From: Rebecca billardiae RCC1528
Taxonomy: Eukaryota; Protista; Haptophyta
Reading direction: 5' to 3'
Assembly: GCA_965240325.2 (NCBI GenBank)
Contig: OZ251233.1
Coordinates: forward strand, 124,001 to 188,000
Length of the DNA: 64,000 nucleotides
A program made the position numbers and the translations under genes. This document shows, piece after piece, positions 12,418 through 23,321 of this stretch; position 1 is the first letter of the stretch, and each line of letters begins with the position of its first letter. Below the pieces are notes generated by a model. That model saw only the letters and a list, made by a program, of their open reading frames with translations. It made no database searches and had not been told where the DNA came from.

Positions 12418-12449
12418 GCGGTGCCTAAGGCCCAGGAGCAGCACAGCGA

Positions 12450-12698
12450 GCAAGTTGTTCTGGGGCGTTGCGCGAGCGCACAGAGCAGGCTCGAAAGTCC
12501 CTCGTGGCACGAGAAGAGGGTGGCCAAGATGGCAGCCGGACTTGAGCTCGGCCGCCTGGCTCGGGCCGAATGGCAGGCAGGTGTTATTGTCTATTGATCA
12601 GATACGGCGGCCGGCACATCATTGCGCTCCCTGACCGCCGTCCTCTTAGACAATCGTCAGTATAGTTATTGTATGCCAGCAATAACCCGCCCGCCACA
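12450..12698 (+). mobile_element. 5'-truncated degenerate copy of the TGT...ACA dispersed element
   Basis: Closely matches 61575-61773 (gcacagagcaggctcgaaag...gtggccaagatggcagccggactt...cttagacaat...caataaccc) and ends next to a (TA)n tract. Confidence 0.8.
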
Positions 12699-12929
12699 TC
12701 ATATATATATGTATACTACTCATCTGCGCTGGGCTGCCGCGCCGGCGCCCAGCAGACAGCAGTAGCGCCAGCGCGCATCCGCGATCCGGTCAGCTCCGTG
12801 ACACGGTCCGCTGCCACTCCGCTGCGCGAGAAGCAGCGCTAGCAGTAGGGTGCAGACTCGGGGGGCACGACTCAGGCTCAGCAGCGCAACACGGCAGCAG
12901 CAGCCGCCTGCCGCGGCAGCAGCCTGCCG

Positions 12930-13370
12930 CTAGATGCCCATCAGCATGCGCGTGAGCCCGGCCTGCCGCTTGGCCGCCGCCCCGCTCGCGGGCATGGCCA
13001 GCTTGCCCGGCGGCGGCGCGTCCGCGGGCCGTGCCACGCGCAGCGCCGCCGCCGCCCACGCGCCGCCGCCTCGGTTGAGCCGCGACTTTGCACCCGGCTG
13101 CGAGCCCGGCGAGAGCAGCCGGATGGCGGCGCTGCTCGCCGGGTCGGACGGCGCGGCGGCGCGCGGGGCGCCGCCCCGGAGCGGCGCTCGCAGCGCGGAC
13201 TGCGCGGCGGCCACGCGCGACAGGGCGCGCCACCGCTCGCCGCCACCGTCGCCGGCGGGCGCGGTCTTGGGCGGCGCGGGCGGCTCGGCGGACCCTGCGC
13301 GCGCCCGTGCGCCCGGCTGCAGCGCCCGCAGCGCCGCCGCCGCCTCCGACGCGGCTGCGGCCGTTGCGGC

Positions 13371-13406
<36 letters not shown>

Positions 13407-14765
13407 GCTCGCGCTCGGCGGCTCGCGAGCCATGCTGGCATCGGCGCGGCGCTCCGCCCTCTCCGCGCGCTCGAGCGCATCGAGCAGCTCCGCGTCTGCG
13501 CGCATCGCGCCCATCTCCGCCCCGCGCCGCCGCGCCTCCGCCTCCTCCGCCTGTGCGCGCGCGCGCGCCAGCTCGGCCTGCAGAGAGACGATGCGCGAGT
13601 GCGCGTGCTCGAGCGCGCGCGCCTTCTCAGCGGCGAGGGCGGCGGCGGCGGCGGCGGCGGCCTGCGCGCCGGGCGAGGCGGGCGGCGAGCGGCGCTGCTG
13701 CGGGGGCGCCTCCGCCGCCGCCTCGTCCGTGCCCACCTGCGCGTCAGCCCGCGCGGCCGGCGCGGCCGGCGGCGGCGGCGGCGGCGCCAGCGGCGGCGCG
13801 CGCGCGGCCGCGGCCGCTCCGTCGGCGGCGTGGCCAGTGGCGTGGCCAGGGGCGTGGCCAGTGGCGTGGCCAGGGGCGTGGCCAGTGGCGTGGCCAGGGG
13901 CGTGGCCAGGGGCGTGGCCAGGGGCGTGGCCAGGGGCGTGGCTCGCACCGGCGGGCAGCAGCTCGGCATCGGTGGCGACGGCCGCGTCGACGGTGAGCAC
14001 CCGCCGCGCCGCCGGCAGCCCGCCCGCCTCCACGCGGCCCTCCTCCTCCTCCGCCGCCTCCGCCCCCAGCGGCTGCGCCAGCGCCGCGCCCTCCGCGTGT
14101 GCGCGCCAGCGCTGCACCTCCGCGCGCAGCTTGGCCGAGCGGGCGAGCGCGGCGCAGAGGCTCCACGCGCGGAAGGTGGCGGCGGTGGACTCGGCGCGCT
14201 GGCGCGAGCGCGGCGTGAGCAGCCGCGCCGCGTCCTCCCGCCCCGCCGGGCTCTCGAACGCCTCGGCGGACGCCTCGCCCTCCAGGCCGCCCCCTCCCCC
14301 GCACAGCCCGCGCACGGCCGAGCCACGGGCGCTCTCGGCCGGTGGCGGCGGCGGCGGGCCGGCGGCGCGCGGCGAGGCGGAGCGAGCGGCCGCGGCGGCG
14401 AGCAGCTGCTGCGCCATCTGCAGCAGCGCCGCGGTGCTCGGATCCGTGCCGTTCAGCGTCGGCGCCGCCTCGAGGCCCGCGCCGCCGCGCGCGCTCGTCG
14501 CCGCCGCCGCGGGCTGCGGCGGCAGCGGCGCGGCGGCGGCGGCGGGCGGCGGCGGCGACGCGTCGGCCCATGCGGCGCCCTGCGCGGCGGCGTGCGGCGC
14601 GTGCGGCGCGGCGAGGCGGTACGCGAGCGGCGTGGGCGTCGTGGGCGAGAGCATCCCAGGCGACGAGCCGAGCGCGATCGGCGCGGGCTGCTGCCCGCTC
14701 GCCAGCATCGCCATCACGGCATGCGCCGCGCCGCCGTGGCCGCGGCCGGCGCGGCCGGCGGAACG

Positions 14766-14815
<50 letters not shown>

Positions 14816-15716
14816 TGCTGGGCGCGCTGCGCTGCGCGCCGCCGCCGTCGGAGGTGTCCGGGTCGGCGTCGTCCTCCTCGAGCGCGCGCAGCTCCTCCGC
14901 CAGCAGCGCCGCCGCCTCCGCCGCGCGCGCGCGCTCCGCCGCCGCCTGCTGCGCCGCCGCCTCCGCAGCCAGCCTCAAGCTGCGCTCGGTGCGCGCCGCC
15001 TCGTCTGCGTCGTCCGCGCGCGCCTCGGCGTCGCGGAGGGCGCGCTCGATCTCGCGGAGGCGGCGCTGCGTCTCGGTGGCGCCGCGCGAGGGGAGCGCGC
15101 TGTCGACGAGTGACTGCTGCAGCTCGCGGCCGTTCGCGCCGGGCCCGCCGTCCGCGGCGGCGGCGGCGGCGGCGCCTGCGCCGCCCGCGCCGCCGCGCGC
15201 GCCCGCGCCCGCGCCCGCGCTGCCGCGGCGGCCGAGCGGCATGCGGCTCGCGGCGTTGCTCGAGCTCGCCGGCGCGCGCGGTGCCGTGTACCCCGCCTCG
15301 TGCTCCAGCCCCGAGCCGGGCACGAGGAACACGAGGAAGTCGGGCGAGGACGAGACGGTCGGGTGCGCGACCAGCCCCTCGAGCCACGCGCCCAGGCACG
15401 CGGCGCGCTCGCGGAGGAAGGGCGCGCCGAGCGTGCGGCGGAAGGTCTTGGGCGGCAGCGGGGGCACGCTCTCGTGCCGCCGGCCGAGCAGCTCGCGCAG
15501 CGCGACGAAGTGGCTGTACCTGCGCCAGATCTCGTACGGCGCGTGCCCTTCCATCCGCACCTCGATGCGATACACGGCGTGGCCGCCGTGCTCGGCGACG
15601 TCGAAGGAGACGAGGCGGACGGAGGAGACGAGGTCGACGAGCGGGGTGTACCGTGGCGAGGGCAGGTCGTCAGCCCCGCCCGCCGCCGCGCTCGCCCGCT
15701 CGGGCGTCGACGCCAT
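12930..15716 (-). CDS. PX-domain and coiled-coil low-complexity protein
   Basis: ATG at 15716 (MASTPER). PX motif AVYRIEV...IWRRYSHFVALRELL...PPLPPKTF...FLRERAACLGAWLEGL followed by coiled-coil segments. Confidence 0.8.
13827..13942. repeat. 12-bp coding minisatellite (HAPG/HATG, ~9 copies)
   Basis: Tandem ggcgtggccag(g/t) units inside the PX gene. Confidence 0.9.
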
Positions 15717-16001
15717 CAGGCCGGCGGGGAGCAGCGATGCTCGGCTTATGCAGATCACCTCGCGGCCGGCCGCACGGCGCACGGGCAGGGCAGCTGCTCT
15801 CCGCTTGTGCCCGGGCGACGTCCACGCGAGCGGAGCGCCGAGCACTCCATCACATTTTTCATCATCGCCTTTTTGACTTTCTTCTCGTCTTCGTCCCGCG
15901 TGCGCGGCCGCGCGCCCGTTGGTCGCGGCCGAAGCCTTGCGAAGCGTCTGCCCGCCAGGGCGCATCCGCGGGATTCCGAACCCCTCCAAGGACCGCGCAC
16001 G

Positions 16002-17081
16002 ATGCTGTGGCTCGCGGCGCTGCTCGCGACGGGCGCCGCGACGGCGCACGGCGTCGCGCGGAGCGCACTCGCATCATCCACGCCGCCCCGCGCGCGCGTG
16101 CGCATGGACTCGGCCGCGCCGATGAGCGCGAGCGCGCCGGCGAGCAACGGCGCGCGCAAGTCGTCGCCGCTGCCGCCGCCGCCCGACCAGTGGCCGCAGC
16201 AGTGGGCGCCCGCCGCGCCGAAGCCCGCGGCCGCGGCGGCGGCGGGCGCGCCCGACCAAGTCTCCGCCCTCAAGGCCAAGCTCTACGCCCTCGGCGCCTC
16301 CACCAACCGCGGCGAGTCGGCGAGCGCCGCGGAGAGGGCGCTCGCTCTCGAGCAGCTGTCCGCGCTCGAGCGGCTGAACGCGGAGCCGCGCCCGGCGGGG
16401 GAGAAGGCGCGGGGCACGTGGGAGCTGGTGTACGCGTCGACGCAGCCGTTCCGCTCGTCCCCCTTCTTCATGGCCGCGCGCGCCGTGTGCAGCGACGGCG
16501 CGGAGGCGGCGCGCTTCGAGTGGTTCTGCGAGCAGCACCGCGCGGCGCTGGCGGTCTCCTCCGTGCAGCGCGTGCGCCAGCTGGTGGCGGACGGGCGGCT
16601 GACGAGCGAGTTCGAGGTGCGCGCGGGGGCGGTGCCCTTCTCCGACCGCGTCGGCCTGCCCTACGCCGGCGGCCTCCCCGTCTCCATCAGCGGCTGCATC
16701 TGCTCCACCGCCGACCTCTCCGAAAGTCCGGACGGAAAGTCCTGGTCGCTGCACATGGACACGGTCCGGGTGAAGGGCTCCAACCTGCCGCTCGCGCGCG
16801 CGCTGCTCGACGGCCCGCTCGAGCTGCGCTCGCGCCCGCTCTCGGACGCGCTCGCCGCCGCGCTCCCCGCGTACGCCGCGCCGCGTCCCACCTTCGCCAC
16901 CACCTACCTCGACGCGGACACGCGCCTCTCGCGCGACCAGGACGGCCACTGCTTCCTGTACACGCGCACCTCCCACTCGGCGGAGCCCACAGACTACGCG
17001 GAGGTGCCGGCGGACCTGGGCGCCGGGGCGTGGCTGCAGCGCTTTGCTAGCACGTTCCTGCCGCAGCAGGGCTCGTCCTAG
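16002..17081 (+). CDS. Plastid lipid-associated protein / fibrillin (PAP_fibrillin family)
   Basis: Signal-like leader MLWLAALLATGAATAHG and an S/A/R-rich transit-like stretch. Family motifs LKAKLYALGASTNRGESAS..LERLN, GTWELVYAST, FRSSPFF and TTYLDADTRLSRD. Confidence 0.85.
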   Translation: MLWLAALLATGAATAHGVARSALASSTPPRARVRMDSAAPMSASAPASNGARKSSPLPPPPDQWPQQWAPAAPKPAAAAAAGAPDQVSALKAKLYALGASTNRGESASAAERALALEQLSALERLNAEPRPAGEKARGTWELVYASTQPFRSSPFFMAARAVCSDGAEAARFEWFCEQHRAALAVSSVQRVRQLVADGRLTSEFEVRAGAVPFSDRVGLPYAGGLPVSISGCICSTADLSESPDGKSWSLHMDTVRVKGSNLPLARALLDGPLELRSRPLSDALAAALPAYAAPRPTFATTYLDADTRLSRDQDGHCFLYTRTSHSAEPTDYAEVPADLGAGAWLQRFASTFLPQQGSS

Positions 17082-17648
17082 GCCGCCATCATATTGCCAA
17101 TTGCGCCATAGTGCGCCCGCCAGCGCGCCTTAGCCACACTGCCTCCGCCTCGTTACCGGTTCGTCTGTTTGGCCTCGGCCTCGGCGGTCTGCTCGGATGC
17201 GTGCAGCCATGCATGACAATAATAATGAATATATGATGCTGGATGCGTGGCCTAGTAGTGTGTGGAGTGCTGCGCTCGGGCGGCCACGGGCGGACCGGAC
17301 CGCCGCGGGCTTTCCGCGAATTCCGTCCGGGCCCGGCGGCGCGGGCCGGCCGTCGGCGCGGCAGGCGCCTATCGGCTGACCGTGCGCCGCTGTGACGTTG
17401 CTTGGCGCTGAGGGAGGACGGCTCCGCCGCGCGGCGGGCCTTCCTTATGGAGTCCCTGTGCGACGCACCGCCGCGAAGGGCCGTACTGCACGCACCGCCG
17501 CCGACGGCCGCGCCGCATGCCGGACTCCGTCCACGCCGCGCACCCTCCCTCCCTCGCAGCCGTGCGACCGGCGCAGCGGCGCGCAGCCAGGCAGCGGCTG
17601 TGCCGAGCTGCGCGCGGCGAAGAGCCGGCGCGCGCGCGCGGGCAGCTG

Positions 17649-18503
17649 CTACTCGAAGAGCGTCCCCTCCGCGTACCGGTAGTCGCTCCTGATCTGCCGC
17701 GGGATCTTGGTCGGGCGCGTGTTGTCCACCACGAACGAGGCGGCCATCTCTCGCGCCTTGGCCTCCGCCCCCCGCTTCCACCGCAGCAGGGTGGCGCCGC
17801 TGACGAGCATGACGGCGTCGACCGAGCCGTCGGGCACGAGTGCGGTGATCAGCGCGCGGCGCTGCTGCTCCGTCCCGCCCGGCGTGAGCGCCGAGAACGC
17901 CACCTCCACCACCTTCTTGTTCGCGTCCAGGCTGCGCGCCGAGAGGATGCTCACGTCCACCGGCACGCCGTACGCGCCAAAGCGGCCGCGCGCGGAGAGG
18001 ACCGCGTCGACGAAGAAGGCGGGGTCGACGCTGTCGAGCGAGGCGGCGCTGCCCGGCAGCCGCTCCACCTGCATGAACGCGCCGTCGCCCTCGCGGTTGC
18101 GCACCTCCACGTCGTAGTACATGCCGGTGGCGAGCGGGTAGGGCGACACGAAGCGCGTCGTGGCGGCCACGCCCGAGGGCTTGCCGTCGAGGGCGAGGAG
18201 CGCCTGCACGGCGAGGTCGTCCTTCGCACCGACCGTCTGCACGGGCTCGAGCAGGCACACGCCCGTCCTCGGCCGCGACCGCCCGCTGATCGCGCCGGCA
18301 CCGAGCGACGAGCCCGGCTCACCCGTCAGCTGCTCGTACCCGCCGATGTTGGCGCTCGTGCGCATCTCCTCGGCGAGGGCGGGGAGGGCGACGGCGACGG
18401 AGACGGCCTCGGCGGCGAGCCGGCCGAGCTGCCGCCGGCCGAGCCGGCCGGGCTGGGGCAGTGAGCCGAGGAGGAGCGTCGTGGTGGCGACGGCGGCCAG
18501 CAT
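17649..18503 (-). CDS. PsbP-like (PPD-type) thylakoid lumen protein
   Basis: Leader with twin-Arg, a hydrophobic stretch and ALA|E (GRRQLGRLAAEAVSVAVALPALAEE). The C-terminus FSALTPGG.E..RRALITA...AVMLVSGAT..RWK...AREMAASF resembles the PsbP fold end. Confidence 0.65.
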   Translation of the reverse strand: MLAAVATTTLLLGSLPQPGRLGRRQLGRLAAEAVSVAVALPALAEEMRTSANIGGYEQLTGEPGSSLGAGAISGRSRPRTGVCLLEPVQTVGAKDDLAVQALLALDGKPSGVAATTRFVSPYPLATGMYYDVEVRNREGDGAFMQVERLPGSAASLDSVDPAFFVDAVLSARGRFGAYGVPVDVSILSARSLDANKKVVEVAFSALTPGGTEQQRRALITALVPDGSVDAVMLVSGATLLRWKRGAEAKAREMAASFVVDNTRPTKIPRQIRSDYRYAEGTLFE

Positions 18504-18798
18504 GATTGCGTCCGCTGCGTCGGAGGCGATGGCGCGTGTTGGATGAAGCTGCGCGAAAGTCCGGCGATGCTGCGGGTCCGGCGCCGCCAACCGTCAGTTC
18601 ACTTCGCAGCGGAAAGTCGAGAGCGCTTTCCGTGGTCCGGCGGCGGCGGCGCCGGCTCTCGCCCGCCCAGCAGAAAATCGGCGAGCCGCGGCCAGTGGCC
18701 GCAGCTCAAAAGCTTTGAGCGAGGAGGGCCTGCCGCGCTGCAAAGGGCACATGCCCAGCAGCCTGTCGGGCTCAAATCGCGCTCATCGGGGCCGGCGC

Positions 18799-19416
18799 AT
18801 GCGGAGACGAGGCGCGCCGGCGCTGCTGGCGGCGTGCGCGCTCGTCGCGCACGTCGGTGCGGCGGGCGAGACCCTGTGCCACCGCCTCGAGATCGACGGG
18901 CACGGCCGCTTCGTGCAGCGCGGCAGCCATTTTGGGCGGCGCATCTACCTGTGCCGCGGCGCCGACTGCCTCGCTGAGCAGACGAGCGGCAGCGGGGGCG
19001 TGCTGCTCTCGTACATGTCTGAGGGCCGCTGGGCGCTGCGCGACTGCCCCGCAGAGACCTTCGGCGAGCACGGCCGCCTCGCCCTCGGCAAGTGCGCGCC
19101 GGCGCTGTGGTCTGTGAATGACGCGTGCCCACACGACACGGCGGGAGGGCTGCCGTGCGAGGCGCCGCCAGAGAACGGGAGCTGGCGGCCCGAGCTGGAC
19201 AGCAGCGACGGGGAGAGACACGTGCGATTCATCTGCCTCGACGCGCCGGCGCCCGCCCCCGGGCCCTCGCCGCACGCGCCCTCGCCCTCGCCCTCGCCTT
19301 CGCCGCACTCGCACGCGCCATCGCCCTCGCCATCGCCATCGCCATCGCCATCGCCATCGCCATCGCCATCGCCATCGCCATCGCCATCGCCATCGCCATC
19401 GCCATCGCCATCGCCA

Positions 19417-19469
<53 letters not shown>

Positions 19470-19858
19470 ATTGACATCGCCGTCGCCGTCGCCATTGCCA
19501 TCGCCGTCGCCACGGCCGTCGCCACGGCCGTCGCCCTCGCCCTCGCCCTCGCCCTCGCCCTCGCCGCCCTCCGGCAGCTCAGGGCCGCACCACTCGCAGC
19601 CGGGTGGCAACACACACCTGATCGGCGCGACGCCGCCTCCGCCAATGGCGGCGCTGCAGCCCTCGCCCTCGCCCTCGCCCTCGCCGCCGCCGGCGGGCGG
19701 CGGCAACACGGGCGGCGGCAACACGGGCGGCGGGGGCGGCGGGATGGTCGGCGCGACCAGGCCGCCGCCCATGTTCTCAGAGCCGTCGCCGCCGCCGCCG
19801 TCGCCGCCGCCGCGGCACCACGGCGGTGGCGGTGGCCATGATGGCGGTGGCCATGATG

Positions 19859-19889
<31 letters not shown>

Positions 19890-19909
19890 CGGCCACGGCG
19901 GTGGCCACG

Positions 19910-19952
<43 letters not shown>

Positions 19953-20431
19953 TCCGGGCAGCGGCGGCGGCGGTGGCGGGCAGTCGGAGGCGGGGCGGCT
20001 GCACAAGGGGTGCGCGCTCGTGGTGATCGAGGGCAAGTACCTATTCCGCCAGATGACGCTGCGGTACAAGCGGCCCGTGTACGAGTGCGACGCGTCCGAG
20101 GTGACGGGCACGCTGTGCGTGCCCGAGCACGTGGCGAGCCACGCGCACGGCGTGGAGCGCGTCTTCCTCTCCTTCCTGCCCGACACGGGCTGGACAGTGC
20201 ACAAGTGCGGCAGCGAGGACGCGGGCGTGCGCCACTTTGACACGCGGTGCGAGCCCCTGCTCACCGCGGGCGCGCGGCAGTGCCTGGGCGACCTGCCCGG
20301 CGCCGTGCTGTGCGAGCTGCCGCCCGCGCAGCACGAGTGGGCGGTGGTGGGGGGGGCGCACGCGGGCAGCACCGAGCGGCTGCACATCGAGTGCGCGGAC
20401 GCGCCCTCCTCGCCGCCGCCGAGCCCGCCGT

Positions 20432-20465
<34 letters not shown>

Positions 20466-21555
20466 GAGCCCGCCGCCGAGCCCGCCGCCGCCCTCCCCGC
20501 GCCCGCCGCCGCCGCCCGCGCACTCGCTCCCCCCGCGGCTCTGGGCCTCGCGGTACCACTCGGCCCACTGGTACCGGTACGACCAGGACGGGCTGACTCG
20601 GTACAGCCGGCCCGTGTACGAGTGCCGCTCCACGGCGTGCCTGCCCGCGCTGGTGGACGGGCACCGCGCGGGCGTGGAGCGTGTCTTCCTCTCCTTCCAC
20701 GCCGGCGACGGCTGGACGTTCACGCGCTGCCCGCCCGGCACGTCCGACGTCTCGCACTTTGAGACCAAGTGCACGCGCGTGCTCTCGGCGGGCGAGGCCG
20801 GCTGCCTGGCGGACGACGCGATGCCGGGCGCGTCGCGCGAGGTGCGGTGCGAGCTGCCGCCGATGGACGCGCAGTGGTGGCTGCTCGTGCCGCACAACGA
20901 GAGCGCGGCCAACCTCGTCGTGCAGGGCGACGGCGTCCACCTCGACCGCTCCGGGCCCGCGGGCTACGGCTCGATGCGCATCATCCTCGACGAGGTGGTG
21001 ACCGCGCCGCCGCCGCCGACGCCGCCGCTCGCGCCGCCGCCCTCGCTGCCGCCCGAGGGGCCGCTCACCGTGGGCAAGTTCGAGTTCGACGCGGGCGCGC
21101 ACGGCGTGGACGGCGCGTGGGACGCGCTGTGGCAGCTGTTCACGGGCAGCGTGATCGCAGTGGTGCTGTGCACCTGCTGCTTCTACTGCGTGATCGTGCG
21201 CGTCGTCGCGTGGTGGCGCGCAAAGTACGGCGACGCCGACTCGGAGGCCGACCCGGCCGAGCTGCAGCGCACGCAGATTGCGGACGCGATGATGCGGCTG
21301 CCGCCCGCCAAGCGCGGCGAGCTGCACGGCGAGGTGGAGCGGCAGGCGAGGCTGGCGCGGCTCTCGGGCATGCCGCTGCCCGAGCGCGGCGGCGCCAAGA
21401 ACAAGTGGCGCATGTACCACGCGCCCGACGGCCGGCGCTACTTTGTGAACGAGGTCGACGGCACGACCACCTGGGACACGCCGCCGATGCTCAGCGAGCA
21501 CGCGCGCTGGGACCGGCGCAAGCACGTCGCCGACTTCACCACCGAGCCGTACTGA
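18799..21555 (+). CDS. Single-pass membrane protein: signal peptide, three Cys-rich repeats, SP/Gly/Pro linkers, TM and cytosolic WW domain
   Basis: Leader [15 protein letters not shown]. Repeats RPVYEC...GVERVFLSF...GWT...C...CELPP...[28 protein letters not shown] motif [26 protein letters not shown]. Confidence 0.85.
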
Positions 21556-21929
21556 CTGACGCGGCACGCGCGCGGCGCCACGCGGCGGGCGGGCGCAGAG
21601 GCGGAGGGCGGGGCGCCGCCCGCGAGGGAGGCGCGCCTGCTGAGTGCTGGCCGCGCACGCGCGCCGGCACGCAGCCGCACCGCGCGGTGGGGCTCGGCTG
21701 TGACGCGCCGTCGTCGCGTCGCAGTATATTTTTCCTCGTCGCGTCGCGCACACGGTTTGCAGCACCGGCGCGTCGGCGCGGCATGATCCGGGCGTTGCCG
21801 CGCGTACCGAGTGCGCCCTGCGGCTGCGCTGTACAGCCGAGACAGCAGTGCTGCTGCCGTGCTGGGGTCACGTCGGACGCCGCCGCCGGGCCCGCCGGCG
21901 GCTGATCTATATTATATTATTATAATCTA

Positions 21930-22454
21930 CAGGCAATCGCGGGCAATAAGAAGTCAGAGATCTCACGGCTAGCCTCGGTTTCTTAGCCGTTCGGTAGCCC
22001 GAGCGCCTACGGAGTCTCAGTTTCTTAGCGCTAGGTCCGCCCGCCGCGCAGCGGCGCGGGGGGCGCAGGGCCGCAGGGGGGCAGAGCCCCCCGCTGAGTC
22101 TTTAGGCCCGGCCGGCGAGGCCGACGAAATAAATTTTGGGCCTTTTTGGAGCAAATCTGGCATGATGTTGCATGGATGCTGCGGTGCACTGGCCAGGAGT
22201 CAGTCATCAGGAGAAGTCGGGACTGCTTGGCCTGTACTCGTAGTCGGGCCGCGCGCCGCGTCCCCGACGGGCCGACTGCGCCTCGCCCGCCTCGGCGGAC
22301 CACTCGTCAGCCGGGACGACGTAGTCCCGGTTTCTTAGTGTGACTATGCGTATAGCGAACCAGCCAATCGCTAGCCTCAGTTTCTAGGCCAGATCCGCAG
22401 ATAGCAAGCCCCAGTTTCTTAACGTGACAGCTCCTTATTGCCCGCGATTGCCTG
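21930..22454. mobile_element. MITE (525 bp) with 21-bp TIRs and TA target duplication, Tc1/mariner-like
   Basis: TA|caggcaatcgcgggcaataag (21930-21950) and cttattgcccgcgattgcctg|TA (22434-22454) form a perfect inverted repeat. No convincing internal ORF. Confidence 0.9.
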
Positions 22455-23321
22455 TATATCAGATCTGATATCAGTTGATATATATTATATAATATTATTA
22501 TTAATAAGCAGTATATTGATAACTGTATGCGCGCATCTCTCGCATATATGCGACCACCGAATCGTCGTCAGCAGTAGTAGTGCGCCTGCATGAGTTACCA
22601 GGCTGCTTCGCCCGGGTCAATGCTCCGACTCGCCTGGCTGACGGCCTGCCGCCCTGCGGCTGCTGCCCTGCCGTGACTCGGTCCGACCGCGACGCTCGCC
22701 CGCTCGAGCAGCGACTGCGGACTGCTGCGTGAAGGCGAGCGCGCCGCCGCTGCCATGTGCCGGCTGGCACTGCGCTCACGATCGCACTGCGCCGGCACAG
22801 CTCGAGCCCGCCAGCCTGCGCCCGACGACCTTGCTGGGCGGGCTGAGCACAGTGCTCGCAGTCGCAGCAGCGCCGGCTGCACGCCGCCTGCTCGCGGCCA
22901 GTGGCAGCGCGCAAGCAGGTGGCAGGTGGCAGGTGGCGCGCGCGCCCAGCCCACGGCGCCGGCGCGCTCTGGGCGGCGGGCTGGCCGGAGCTGGCCGGTA
23001 GGTGTCCTCTGGTGATGGGGCGGCGGGCCGTGGCCGCCACGCGTGCCCTGAAGCGGGCGGGCAGGCAACCGCTCTGCGGCGCCACGCGCCGAGCCCGCGT
23101 GCGCAGCCCAGGCCCGCGCGCCGAGCGCGCCGGCTACGCCCGGTGCGCCGGTGGCGCGCACTCGGTGGGTCGGTCGGCTCGTCCGGTGCGCCCAGCTCGC
23201 GCAGAGCGGAGCGCGCCCCGCCGGCGCGCCCCGCCGGCTCGAGCGGCTCGAGCCGCACGCGCCTCCGACCCGCCGCCCGCGGGCCGGCCTAGGCCCCGGC
23301 CCGCCGCCCGCACGCACCGCC

